The translations under genes were made by a program, and so were the position numbers. The notes beneath the pieces are model-generated. The model was not told the origin of the DNA. It worked only from the letters and a program-made list of their open reading frames with translations, and made no database searches. A DNA stretch of 64,000 bases from an uncultured cyanobacterium (lineage in GTDB: Bacteria; Cyanobacteriota; Cyanobacteriia; Cyanobacteriales; Microcystaceae): assembly GCA_963807635.1 (NCBI GenBank), contig CAWEDJ010000069.1:38348-102347 (forward strand), read 5' to 3'. Position 1 is the stretch's first letter. Every line of letters starts with the position of its first letter. Below are positions 42,211 to 53,356 of this stretch, piece by piece.

Positions 42211-45200
42211 TTATTCAACTTTGAACTGACGGACGCTATCTTGCAGAGATTGGGCAACGGCCAAGCAATTCCTTAAACGTATTAGAAACCTGGGCGGCTT
42301 CCAAGGAGGTTTTATCCGAGACCGCCGCGACTTCGACCATCGTTTGGGTGACGGATTGGCTAGTTTGGGATTGTTCTACTGCCGCCGCCGCGATCGCCCC
42401 GACCAATTCACTAATTTGCGCACTAGCCGCCGTAATTTGGTTCAAACTCTTACGGGTTTCATCCACGAGCCTCGTCCCCGTGACCACCTGCTCCGTTCCT
42501 GATTCCATCGCCGCAACCACTTCATTGGTTTCTGACTGAATACTGGCAACTAGATCGGAAATTTCTGCCGTCGCTTCTGCCGACTGCCGAGCAAGAGAAC
42601 GAACTTCATCCGCAACCACCGCAAAGCCTCGACCTTCTTCTCCCGCGTGAGCCGCCTCAATCGCCGCATTCAACGCCAAGAGGTTCGTTTGATCAGCAAA
42701 ACTACTAATCAGGTTCACGACCTTAGAAATCTTTTGGGACGATTCTCCTAACCGTTTGACCTTTTTCGCCGTAGCCGCGACCGTTTCCCGAATGGCTAAA
42801 ATACCATCTACGGTTCGGTTCATGGCATCTTCTCCCATGTCCACCGTTTTGGTCGCTTGTTGAACGGCCGTTTCGGCAAGTTCCGCGTTGGCCGCCACCG
42901 CCTGAATAGATAGGGTCATGGATTGGAGTCTTTCTACCGCTTGTCCCACATCATCGGCTTGGCGAACCGCTTCTTCAGAAAGATTGCGAACGGCGGTTTC
43001 ATTGGTATTGGTTGTTGTCGCAAACTGTGTGGTGGCGGTTTGTACCTGGGTTACAATGCGTCGTAGGTTTTCAATGGTGGCATTATAGGAATCCGCGATC
43101 GTCCCAATTTCATCTTCGGTAACGTGGGCGCGAATCGTTAAATCGCCTCGGCTGACGGGGTCAACTTCCATCAGTAATTCAAAGGCGCGTTTTTGTAATT
43201 TTTCTTTTTCTAGCCGTTGTTCAATTTCTCCCAAGCGTTGTTGCTCGATTAACCCCGCCCGCTCTAGGGCAGACCGGACCTGGGTTGCCAACTGACCGAA
43301 AAAGTCGATTTCTCCCTGTTCCCAATCACGCGGCCCAGAGCATTGATGGGCGATCAGTAAACCTAATAATTCTCCACTGCGAATAATGGGAGCGACGATA
43401 TTCGCTCGAACAGAAAAAGGAGTGAGTTGCCCCAAGTGACAGGGAGTGAGTCCCGCTTTCAGGATATCGGATGTTGCTTGAACTCTTCCCCGTAGATATT
43501 TATTGAGGTAGTTTTTCTCAAAACAGGGGTCATTGATTTCGGCTCCCAGGGCGATGGGGAAACCTTCGGCAACGGATTCGGCGATAATCGTTCCCGCCCA
43601 AGTTTCATCAAAGCGATAGACAATGACGCGATCGGATTTTAAACCCCGTCGGATTTCGTTGACGGCCACATCAAAGACTCCTTCCGTATTGAGGGCAGAG
43701 GAGATTTTGAGGGTAATTTCCTTGAGGATTTGCGCTCGTTTGGTGGCATCCCGCCGTTGTTGCAAGAGGGCCACTCGGTCTAACAAGGTTTGTAATTGCT
43801 CGGTGAGTTGTTGCAGGAATTGCCGATCGCGATCGCGCCATTGATAAGCTTTGTCGCAACGATGGGCCGTTAGTAGCCCGACTAGTTCATTTTGTCGGAA
43901 CAGGGGAACCGTTAAACTTGCCCTGACTTGATAACGCTCAGACCATTGCCGATGATTTTCGTGCAGATTGGAACTAGCAACATCATTGATGACGATGGTT
44001 TTGGGGGAGAGATCACCGTCAAATAGGGGATGGGGTAAATTCTCGGTCAGCACACTAGAAGTATTCCCCGCGATCGATTCATAGATGGTGGCTTGATCCT
44101 GATACTTGGCGCAATGGTAAAACAGTAAGCGGTCTACACCCAAAAGGTTTTTAGCTTGCTCCAAGCCCCGTTGAATAATGGATGATAAGGCCGCCTGATC
44201 GGGAATATTACTGTTGGCCATCTCCGTGAGCAGTTGGGATTGCTGGGTAAAGAGGGCTTGTTCTTGACGGAGTGTCTGAATTTGTTGACTCATACCCGTC
44301 AGAGTCTCATCCACCAGGTCTAACTCATTATCTCTTTGAAAACTAACGGGCTTATCGAGGTTTTCTTGATTGAGATTTTTAGCCCGTTGGGAGATTTTTC
44401 GGAGTTTTTCAGTCTCTTTTCCTGCGATCGCATAGGCCAATCCTCCGACAACCCCTGCGGTGACCAGAATCCCCAATAATAAGCTGGACTGCAATTTGCC
44501 TTTGACCGTTGAAGCGACCTCTTGCTGATTCGTGGATACGGGTTGTTCAAAAGTCTTATTGATCAGGGTGTAGTTGATGCCTCCGACAAACGCCAAGGGA
44601 AGCACCCCCGCCAATAACCCCAAGAAAACGGCCTGATTCTGAGCGGTCAAACTTCCCCACCAGGAATATTTTTCGGGAGCGGAGGAAGGTGTGGTCGTAG
44701 AAATCGGTCGAGGAACAGAAACGGAAGGGCTGAAAGAAGGAATGGATAATTCAGGCGCGATCGCCGTTGCCGACGGCATCTCCTGTTTAACTGCAACGGG
44801 CAAATCCGAAAAAGAAGGAGGTTTAATCTCCTCTGGCTTTTCTGCTTTTAATGCTGGGGAACTAGATACATTCCCAAAAGTCGGGGGTGCGAGCGCTGAC
44901 GGTAATTCTGTTTCTTTTGCTTCTGAATCTTTAGTTCCAAATAGATCGGAAAAAGCAGGGGGCGCGATCGCAGAAGGGCTTTCTGTTTCAGTTTCCGAAT
45001 TATTAAGGGGTGATACCTCGTCGGAGTTTAATTCTGCAAATAAATCAGGCAATTCTTCTGACGCAACTTCTTCTAGAATAGGGGCTTCTGTTTTGAAGTC
45101 GTTCCTACTTTCCAAAGGCTCTATAGGGGGAGGCGAGAAAAAGGCATCCTCTCCAAACAAAGACTCTTCCTCTGGTTCGGTCGGTGTTTTTGTCGAAGAG

Positions 45201-45367
45201 TTATCCAAAGGAAAAGAAGGCAATTCTAAGGAAGGAATTTCTGGAAAATCTCCAAAATCTTCGGTCGAAAGAGGGTTTTCATCCCAAGAAAGGGAAGGCG
45301 TTTGATTCGGATCTGGGGTGTTGGATTTCGGAGAAGTCTGAGTCATGAAATATAACCTCTCAATCAA
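42211..45367 (-). CDS. pixJ1: Photoreceptor MCP (2 TM, HAMP, GAF, CBCR-GAF, MCP); frameshift near 42262
   Basis: Second GAF has DPCF and TPCH; MCP core [14 protein letters not shown]; the corrected end reads ...[15 protein letters not shown]. Confidence 0.85.
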
Positions 45368-45431
45368 GGCTAGAAACTGTAGGGTGAAAAAAGTTAATAA
45401 AATTTAAAAACGATGATTAAAATAACAAAAA

Positions 45432-46001
45432 CTATTGGCTTTTTATATTGGCAACAATCGACTGACCATCTAAGGTGGTAATAATGTCGCCATTGGGTTT
45501 AACCCAAAAGCCCTTTAAATAGGGAATTAATTTAGCACTAACGCTGGCGGTCGGTGGAGATTGAATATCATCAGGGTTACACCATTCGATATCTTCTACT
45601 TGATTGACTACTAAACCCAGCATTTGGTTGCGATCTTGGCTTTTAAATCCTGATTTTCTTTGTTTTTCATTGTAGCCAATATCCCCATTCAAAATAATGG
45701 TGCGATAGTGCGATCGCCGCGTGGATTGCTGATGCCAAGGGGTTAGTCCTAATAAATGACCCAAATCTACCATCCATAAAATTTCACCCCGCCAATTGTA
45801 AACACCCAATACCCAAGGGGGCAGATGGGGAATGGGGACGATTTGCCCCAGAGCAATGGTGAGGACTTCAGAGAGTTGGGAAACAGGGATCATCGCCTCT
45901 GTATCAGGCTCTAGATGAAATCTCAAAAACTGCTGCTGAGAACGGCGTGATGCTTTTGGGGTAGTAAGGGAATCAAATGACGGACGAAACTCGGATACCA
46001 C
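45432..46001 (-). CDS. pixI: CheW-like coupling protein
   Basis: VPIPHLPPWVLGVYNWRGEILWMVDL. Confidence 0.85.
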   Translation of the reverse strand: MVSEFRPSFDSLTTPKASRRSQQQFLRFHLEPDTEAMIPVSQLSEVLTIALGQIVPIPHLPPWVLGVYNWRGEILWMVDLGHLLGLTPWHQQSTRRSHYRTIILNGDIGYNEKQRKSGFKSQDRNQMLGLVVNQVEDIEWCNPDDIQSPPTASVSAKLIPYLKGFWVKPNGDIITTLDGQSIVANIKSQ

Positions 46002-46113
46002 GATAACGACTCCTAAGAGGACAAATTCAAAAATAAACTAATGATTCATTGAGTAATTAAGATTAATTTCAGTAAATAAATTTAGGGTTTAACCATTCTT
46101 TAATATTTTTTAA

Positions 46114-46479
46114 TTAAGATTTTAAAAATTGTTGTATGGTACTGTTAAAAATATCTTGATCAATGGGTTTCGTGATATAGGCATCTGCCCCTTGACGTTT
46201 TCCCCAAAATTTGTCCATGTCACTACTTTTGGTAGAACAAAGGATGACGGGAATGGTTTTAGTTTGTTCAGTCGCTTTAATTTCTCGACAGACTTCAAAT
46301 CCACTTTTTCCAGGTAACACCACATCGAGGACGATGACATCAGGATGGTTGTTATGGAGTTTTTCTAGCCCCTCTTCTCCACTGGTGGCAACGGTGACAT
46401 TAATGCCCAGGGTTTTGCAGAAATCCGTAATGATTGTTCGTTCTGTGATGGAGTCTTCAATTAATAAAATGGTTCCCAT
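46114..46479 (-). CDS. pixH: CheY-like response regulator
   Basis: IEDS, LDVVLP, GFEVCR and GADAYITKP. Confidence 0.85.
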   Translation of the reverse strand: MGTILLIEDSITERTIITDFCKTLGINVTVATSGEEGLEKLHNNHPDVIVLDVVLPGKSGFEVCREIKATEQTKTIPVILCSTKSSDMDKFWGKRQGADAYITKPIDQDIFNSTIQQFLKS

Positions 46480-46575
46480 GTCTATCTACCTCTCAAGGTT
46501 AAAAAATCAAAAAAATAGTGATGAACAACTTTAGAATAAACACAGCAGTTTAGGATTCTCTTTGGACTGAAATGG

Positions 46576-47778
46576 CTAAACTGGCTCATCTTGCTTGATG
46601 TATTTGAGGATGGTACTGAGAACTTGGTCAGGATTCACGGGTTTTCCTAAAAAATCAGTCGATCCTACCATTTTAGCCCTAACCCGATCCACGATGCCAT
46701 CGTTTCCTGTCAAAATCACAATGGGAGTATTTTTGAAAATGGAAAGCCTTCTGAGTTGGCCACAAATTTCGTAGCCATTAGCATTGGGCATCACTAAATC
46801 CAGAAAAATGAGTTCTGGTTTTCGTGCCAATAAAATGGCGATCGCCCGTAACGGGTCATTAATGCCAATGAATTGATAATTGGCGGTGGTTAGAATTTTT
46901 TCCAGGGTTTGACACATGAGCGGGCTGTCATCGATACAAGCAATCAATGGCCCAGTGGGAACATCGGGAGTCGCCACAACCCCCGTAGAAGGCGGCGTAA
47001 CGGGTGGAGCTAAATCAGGAATCTTGATTAACTCGACTAATCCCAATTGCAAATAGGGCAACAGAGAAGTGGTCACACTCAAAACATCCCGCTTCATGCG
47101 AACGGATAAATCCCGCAGAGTTTGATTTCCATCCAATAATTGCTTCAAAGTCTGGAAAACCTGGGGAGACGTTCTTTTTTGCAATTCCTCGTGCTGACGA
47201 ATCACAGGGGCCATATTGGGGGAACGGTCTGCAATTTTCGCTGATTGCCAATTGTGCCAAAATTGCTGGGACTCAGCGATCACTTGATCCGCATCAATTA
47301 GAACCAGTCGGGTAGATAACAAATTATCCTGACGGAGTTCACAGGAAACTTCCATCGTTTGGGTGATATCAAATAACACTTCTGCGATCGTGGCTCGAAT
47401 CAGGCGGGCCGCTTGTTCCCTAGTGACTTTTTGTTGTTCAACCCAAAGACACAACAACTGATATTCCCAACAAAGTTGTAGATCATGGGGGTCTAGACTG
47501 GCTAGATCCAACTGAACAGAAGAAAGGTTGGCAGCAATTTGGGGTAAATACAGCGCAATCTGTCGTCTCCACCGTCGAACAGCATGAACTCCCCCCGTTG
47601 CGTACATAATCCGACCGAGGTAGAAGTAGAAAAACCACTGCTCCCCATTGGGATTTTTCAGCACTAGTTGGCCGCTAAATCGAGGTTGCTTCAAGCCATC
47701 GAAAAAGCTTGTCTGTCGAGAAGCTGTAAATTCCTGAATAGGAATGGAATGAGACGAAGGAAATTGAGCAGTCATCAT
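46576..47778 (-). CDS. pixG: PatA-family response regulator (PATAN + REC)
   Basis: FSGQL, YLGRIMYATGG..RRWRR and CWEY; C-terminal receiver with CIDDS and LDLVMP. Confidence 0.87.
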   Translation of the reverse strand: MMTAQFPSSHSIPIQEFTASRQTSFFDGLKQPRFSGQLVLKNPNGEQWFFYFYLGRIMYATGGVHAVRRWRRQIALYLPQIAANLSSVQLDLASLDPHDLQLCWEYQLLCLWVEQQKVTREQAARLIRATIAEVLFDITQTMEVSCELRQDNLLSTRLVLIDADQVIAESQQFWHNWQSAKIADRSPNMAPVIRQHEELQKRTSPQVFQTLKQLLDGNQTLRDLSVRMKRDVLSVTTSLLPYLQLGLVELIKIPDLAPPVTPPSTGVVATPDVPTGPLIACIDDSPLMCQTLEKILTTANYQFIGINDPLRAIAILLARKPELIFLDLVMPNANGYEICGQLRRLSIFKNTPIVILTGNDGIVDRVRAKMVGSTDFLGKPVNPDQVLSTILKYIKQDEPV

Positions 47779-47989
47779 TTAAAGAGTATTTCTGGTCAGG
47801 ACATAAAGCTCAGAGGTCACAGTTATAGCTTGCCCTGTAATCAAACAAAACTAACAGACATCGCAAACAATCTCAACAAATATCGCTGAGAATTCCATTA
47901 TCTCAAATAGGTTGGGTTTTGTCCGTGAGAACAGAGGGCGATTGCACCAATTCTTCACACTTCATCATATTTTGTGAAGATTAAAAACC

Positions 47990-48418
47990 CTATTTATTGG
48001 GTTGAGTCGGTTGAGCAGGTTGGGCAGGTTGAGCTACACCACTAGGAGCTTTCCCTGTTTTGACTTGTTGCTTGATTGCGTCTAATAGTCCTTTTAATTT
48101 TGTCTCTTCGGGGTAAAGGGCGACTAATTTCTCCATTGGCGCGATCGCTCCTTTGAGGTCATTCATTTTCAGTCTAACCTCTGCTAAACCTTGGAGAGCA
48201 GTGGGATTATTGGGTTCTCGTTGCAGAACTTTTTCATAACCATCGGCAATTTTGCTCAATTGTTCCTGGGGGTTCGTATTGGCAGAGGTGGCTTGGGTTT
48301 GTTCGGGTGTCTCTTTAAACATATTGAGCATCGGCAGGGTCATCATACCCAAAAAAGCAAAACCAGAGCCGATGATAAAAACCTTCTGTAAAATAGATTT
48401 CGTGGAATTTTCTGACAT
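47990..48418 (-). CDS. Membrane-anchored TPR protein
   Basis: N-terminal TM, YEKVLQREPNNPTALQGLAE, and a QPA-repeat tail. Confidence 0.8.
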   Translation of the reverse strand: MSENSTKSILQKVFIIGSGFAFLGMMTLPMLNMFKETPEQTQATSANTNPQEQLSKIADGYEKVLQREPNNPTALQGLAEVRLKMNDLKGAIAPMEKLVALYPEETKLKGLLDAIKQQVKTGKAPSGVAQPAQPAQPTQPNK

Positions 48419-48438
48419 AATCTTATTTTTAGTATTAG

Positions 48439-48957
48439 CTACCTTGTTTTTAAAACACTGGGATCAAAGTAATAGAAGTAACTCATCGCTCCACTACCAA
48501 AACCGATGAGGCCCAGTATAGTTAAGATTCCAAGGGTTTGCGATCGGCTGTAACCAATATAACGTAGTTCTAACCTTCCTAAAATTGCCGCACTCAGCAG
48601 TACCAAAAATTGAATAAAGACATCAAACCAGCGCAGGATGAGAACCAATAAAAAAGACCAAGCAATCATTGCCATTATCGATTGCAACTCCGATTTTATC
48701 CAACTGCTCACAAAAAACGTCATCAGTGTTAAGGGCGCAGTCAAAGCGAGGGACGTGAGAACAATGATCAAAATCGCAAATAAATGAATAGCCAGCATCA
48801 AAGATTCATCCTTTAGCCCCAATCCTAAACCATTGGTTTGAACAACAACAGAGTGGCTCCAGTTGATACTGACTGCTGCGATGTGCCAGCCAAACACCAC
48901 ATAGGTAATTAGCATTATGGTCAAGGAAAGCCAAGGAAATGTCTTTAGCCAGGTCAT
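48439..48957 (-). CDS. Hypothetical multi-pass membrane protein
   Basis: Several hydrophobic segments; co-oriented between apcD and the TPR gene. Confidence 0.7.
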   Translation of the reverse strand: MTWLKTFPWLSLTIMLITYVVFGWHIAAVSINWSHSVVVQTNGLGLGLKDESLMLAIHLFAILIIVLTSLALTAPLTLMTFFVSSWIKSELQSIMAMIAWSFLLVLILRWFDVFIQFLVLLSAAILGRLELRYIGYSRSQTLGILTILGLIGFGSGAMSYFYYFDPSVLKTR

Positions 48958-49081
48958 GGATTCACGCTTAAGGGATAAGGGGAAAAATAAAATTAGGGGC
49001 AGTTGAAGAACAAAAAACTAGAAGCTACTAAGGCTTTTCGTTCTTGTTTCCCTCTTCCCCTAATAATAATACTTAATTTCC

Positions 49082-49567
49082 CTAAGACATTGTTTGAATG
49101 ATGTAATCAAAATAGGGAGCCGCCTCTTGAGCGTCCTCAGCATTGAGTTGACCCAATGCGGCTTCTTTGAGAAAACGAATCGCTTCCACCATGCCTGGAA
49201 CAGGTACATCGAGGGAGTTATACATTTCCTTTACGCCAATCAAACCAATGCTTTCAATCGGTTCTTTATCACCAGAGAGAACACCGTACGTGACTAGACG
49301 CAAGTACCAACCATAGTCACGCAAACATTGGTTATATTGGCGTTGACCGTAGGCATTGCCACCTGGGGCGCGGTAATCGGGACGTTTTTTAAATAACTGT
49401 TTTTGAGCTTGATCGACAATTTTCTTTTCATTTTCAGACAGAGTTTCAGCGATACGGATACGCTGCTGGCCTGTTTTTAAAAAGTTTTCAATACCCCGAA
49501 GTTCACCACTGCTGGGATAGCGGAGTTCGTCGTCTGCTTTAAGAATGACTTGGCTAACTACACTCAT
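49082..49567 (-). CDS. apcD: Allophycocyanin alpha-B subunit
   Basis: [23 protein letters not shown] and [15 protein letters not shown]. Confidence 0.95.
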   Translation of the reverse strand: MSVVSQVILKADDELRYPSSGELRGIENFLKTGQQRIRIAETLSENEKKIVDQAQKQLFKKRPDYRAPGGNAYGQRQYNQCLRDYGWYLRLVTYGVLSGDKEPIESIGLIGVKEMYNSLDVPVPGMVEAIRFLKEAALGQLNAEDAQEAAPYFDYIIQTMS

Positions 49568-49869
49568 GGTATCAACATAAATCTCATATCATATGTAGTA
49601 GTTTATCCTGAGTTGTGGTCTAAGTCGGTAAAAATTCAGCAATAAACTCTGTGAAGCAATGGGGCGATCGCGAAAACCCAGTAAACAAGGCAGTTACATC
49701 GAGTTTACAAAACGTAATATTGGGGGATCTTGCCATAGAGGAACGGTCGGAATTGCCCTTGGGGGAATTATCTGGTAATGTTCCAAATGTGTTGACCCTA
49801 TGATTGAAACGTACTCAGTGTATTGGTTAGGAAGGATCTTATCCATCGATTCAGTACGTTACCTTGCGA

Positions 49870-50448
49870 TTATTCCGCGTCAAAATCAACTTTGTTGTAG
49901 ATATCTCCTAAGACAATTTCAAAGGGAACTTTGTGGAATTTTAAAACACTCTCTTCTCCGTCTTCTTCTGAAAAAATCCACTGGTTAGACTCAGTTTTAT
50001 AATATTGTTCAACATGAATTGAATACTGATCGATCAATATATACTCTTGAAAACTGGGAATGGTGCGATAAAATTTGAATTTATTTCCCTGGTCATAGGT
50101 CTGAGTTGATTTCGATAAAACTTCGACGATCAACAGTGGATTAGTAATGGTATCTTTTCGCCCTGTCTGGAGTTGTAATACCCCTTCGACGACCATAATA
50201 TCGGGGTAGGTATGAATGCGTTGCTTGGGTATCCAGACTCGTTGATCTGTGACAAAGACAAAATAGGGTTCACGTTTAAGCAGAAAATTTAGAGCGGCAT
50301 AAAGATTTCCGATAATTAGATTGTGATTGGGCAGTCCTCCTGTCATGGGAATAATTTCTCCATTAATGTATTCGTGTCGTTCGGGGGAATTGATCTCAAA
50401 TTCCAAGTATTCTTCGGGGGTATAATAGTCGTATTCCTTGGCTTGCAT
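49870..50448 (-). CDS. Uma2 family (DUF820) endonuclease-fold protein
   Basis: HEYINGEI, YPDIMV, IVEVLSKST and QEYILIDQ. Confidence 0.9.
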   Translation of the reverse strand: MQAKEYDYYTPEEYLEFEINSPERHEYINGEIIPMTGGLPNHNLIIGNLYAALNFLLKREPYFVFVTDQRVWIPKQRIHTYPDIMVVEGVLQLQTGRKDTITNPLLIVEVLSKSTQTYDQGNKFKFYRTIPSFQEYILIDQYSIHVEQYYKTESNQWIFSEEDGEESVLKFHKVPFEIVLGDIYNKVDFDAE

Positions 50449-50616
50449 AATCTTGACCTAGATGATTTCTGTGTTCGGGGAAGCTACACCTTTGGCAATT
50501 TGGCGATCGCGTTATTATTGCATTTTAACGGTTATTTAGACACGGTGACTAATGGTAATTTAGTTCAGAAAAAAAATTATTGCAAATTGCTTGGTGATAG
50601 TGAGACTTGTTTGAAA

Positions 50617-51117
50617 TCAATTTTTTGCAGCTAGATAATCCCCTGATTTTCCCCCCGTTTTGCTGACTAAATGAATATTTTCTATCTGCATCGATTTTTC
50701 TAACCCCTTGGCCATGTCATAAAGCGTCAATGCGGCGACAGAAACGGCTGTCAGTGCTTCCATTTCTACGCCTGTCTCGGCTTTGATGGTCACGGTTGCT
50801 TGGATGCGATAGCCAGGTAAATTTTCATCTGGCCATAGTTCTACGGCAATTTTTTGTAAGGGTAGGGGATGACAGAGGGGAATTAACTGGGAAGTTTGTT
50901 TCGCGCCCATAATCCCTGCTAATCTGGCGGTTCCTAATACGTCGCCCTTGGGAGCATTGCCTGCTTCAATAGCCTGTAAGGTTGCTAAGGACATTCTTAC
51001 TTCACCAACCGCGATCGCTTCTCGCTTGGTGGCAACTTTTTCGGAGATATCAACCAGGTGGGCTTCTCCTTGGTCATTTAAATGGGTCAGAGAAGAGTTT
51101 TCAACAGATGGATTCAT
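50617..51117 (-). CDS. moaC: Cyclic pyranopterin monophosphate synthase
   Basis: [26 protein letters not shown] and KTGGKSG. Confidence 0.95.
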   Translation of the reverse strand: MNPSVENSSLTHLNDQGEAHLVDISEKVATKREAIAVGEVRMSLATLQAIEAGNAPKGDVLGTARLAGIMGAKQTSQLIPLCHPLPLQKIAVELWPDENLPGYRIQATVTIKAETGVEMEALTAVSVAALTLYDMAKGLEKSMQIENIHLVSKTGGKSGDYLAAKN

Positions 51118-51153
51118 GGTGAATTTTAGAATGAAGATTGTAGAAAAAATAGA

Positions 51154-52488
51154 CTAGGGACGACGGTAAAATTTTACTTTCAGACCATCCCGTGTACGGG
51201 GAGTTGGCATGGACATAATCTCTAAATTTTGATCGGGCAATAAATCCCATTGATAATTTTTAATTAGATAACTGGCAAAAATTTTCATTTCCAAACGAGC
51301 AAATTCTTTTCCTAAACATTCCCGCAATCCTCCTCCAAAGGCGACGTAACCAAAACTTTGTTGTTTATCTTCAGCCCGTTCGGGGTTAAATCTTTCGGGG
51401 TCAAATTGATCGGGTTCGGTATAAAAATCGCGATCGCGGTGAGTGGCTCCAATTTGATATTGCACCAACCAATTTTTAGGAAATTGATACCCCTGAAATT
51501 CGCAATCAGCAATCACTTTACGAAAACCACCACCGACGGGGGGCAAAAAACGCAGGACTTCTTTTAAAACCTGATCGAGATAGGTCAGGGATTTAAGACT
51601 ATCCAGGGTGAGGGGAAATTTTAAATTCACTTCTTCCTGTTCTGCTCGAATTTTTTGGCAAACATCGGGGTATTGGGACATTAATAAACAAAAAGAGGCG
51701 ATCGCAGAAGTGAGGGTTTCGTGGCCCGCAAACAAGAGTAGGAGAATTTGATCTTTTAGTTCCGCGAGTTCTAAGCCTTGACCATTTTCATCTTTCGCTT
51801 GTAATAATAAACCCAGGGCATCTTCTCCTAGTTGCTCGGTTTGTTGACGTTTGAGGATGATTTCTCCAACTGCTTGTAATAACTTTTCACGACTTCTTAA
51901 CGCTTTTCCAAACTTTGTCCAGGGCAAATTCAGGGGAATACTAAATAAACCTGCATTCCAATCTTCAAAATCATCAAAAATAGCAGGATGGGTCTGGCGA
52001 TCGCCTCCAACAAAAAGGGTACTGGCAATATCAAAGGTATAACTCCTCACTTCGGGATACCAGGTGATATTTTCTTCTTTTTCCCATTGATCTAAATATC
52101 GTTGCGTAATTTCTTCCATTTGAGGAATATAACTCGCTAAAGCTCTGGGTTGAAAGGCTTGGAACAGTAATTTTCGGCGATCGCGGTGAAAGGTTCCTCC
52201 CTGAATGGCTAAGGAAGCAGGGCCCAATAAGGTTTTAGTGCTGGGGGGCCAGGTTGCCTCAAAATATTTATTTTCATTGGTAAACAAAAAGCTATTGGCG
52301 GCGGCTCCCGACAAAAAAATAGTGGGACTCCCAAAAATATGACTTTTGAAGACTGGGCCGTATTTCGCCTGCCGTTTTTGGGAATAGTTTTTTTCCCTCA
52401 GAAAATTTAGCGTTTCACCAATCAGGGGCAAACCAAAATCGCCAGGGGGCAAGGGAAGACGGGATTTTTTAGCGGCGATCGGAGACAT
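51154..52488 (-). CDS. Cytochrome P450 (CYP120-like)
   Basis: AGHETLT, EVLR, PERF and the heme ligand motif FGGGLRECLG. Confidence 0.92.
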   Translation of the reverse strand: MSPIAAKKSRLPLPPGDFGLPLIGETLNFLREKNYSQKRQAKYGPVFKSHIFGSPTIFLSGAAANSFLFTNENKYFEATWPPSTKTLLGPASLAIQGGTFHRDRRKLLFQAFQPRALASYIPQMEEITQRYLDQWEKEENITWYPEVRSYTFDIASTLFVGGDRQTHPAIFDDFEDWNAGLFSIPLNLPWTKFGKALRSREKLLQAVGEIILKRQQTEQLGEDALGLLLQAKDENGQGLELAELKDQILLLLFAGHETLTSAIASFCLLMSQYPDVCQKIRAEQEEVNLKFPLTLDSLKSLTYLDQVLKEVLRFLPPVGGGFRKVIADCEFQGYQFPKNWLVQYQIGATHRDRDFYTEPDQFDPERFNPERAEDKQQSFGYVAFGGGLRECLGKEFARLEMKIFASYLIKNYQWDLLPDQNLEIMSMPTPRTRDGLKVKFYRRP

Positions 52489-52576
52489 AGCAGTGAATTC
52501 TCAAACGGAATGTTAATTTTTATTAACTTTAGTATGACGAAGATCAACGGCTCTAGACAACCTGAGAGGGTCATGA

Positions 52577-52875
52577 TTAAACTTTCGCTTTGGCCAACTC
52601 ATTGGCTTTTTTCGCAAGATCCACATCTTTTGTGGTGATACCGCCTGCGTCATGGGTCGTGAGGTCAATGGTCACGCGATTATAGACATTAAACCATTCG
52701 GGATGGTGTCCCATCGATTCGGCAACCGGGCCAGACTAGTCATAAAACCAAAGGCTTCAACAAAGGATTTAAACTGAAATTGACGGTGCAGTTTTCCTTG
52801 AACAATTGTCCATCCCTCTAGGGAGGTAAGGGCGATCGCGATTTCGTTAGCTGATAGGGGCTGGAGTTTATTCAT
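52577..52875 (-). CDS. Pterin-4-alpha-carbinolamine dehydratase; frameshift near 52728
   Basis: [17 protein letters not shown], then [25 protein letters not shown] in the next frame. Confidence 0.88.
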
Positions 52876-53356
52876 GGGGATTTAATCTTTTTTCAATAAA
52901 TGAGTATGGTCTTATTTTAGTTTACCGAATTGTTTAACTAGACAAATCCTGCGATTAAAACGCGGTTCTCAGTTAAAGCTCCTAGACAACGGGAAGACTA
53001 AAAAGTGATTGATGATGACTGGTGGAGGTAGTATTCTAAAAAAAATGCTTAGTGGAATTCACCTAAGTATTATAGCTTGTATTAAATAGATTAAAAAATC
53101 TAGCATAAATTGTTAGGCATTTAGGGTTCCTTGTGTCCCATTATAGAACCATGATAACAAGGGATTTAAGCTTTTTTCTACAGTTTTTGGAGAATGAATA
53201 GCTGATTGATCCAGCAATGCTTTTTTGCGGAAAAATAGGGTTTAAGATTTCAGGATAAATTGTATATTTTTAGGCAAATTATATTGAAATAATAATGTTT
53301 TTTTTGTAAAATGGAAAATATTATTAATCCGTTGTTCCTGTTGGGGGATCTGTAAA

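Noticed and set aside
39218..45305. Long plus-strand ORFs 39218-39982 and 44691-45305
   Set aside because: They are antisense shadows of the acidic, Pro-rich linkers of the CheA and MCP genes.
53155..53172. AACAAGGGATTTAAGC as a third MITE copy
   Set aside because: Only half of the palindrome is present and there are no TAAGCTGT termini.
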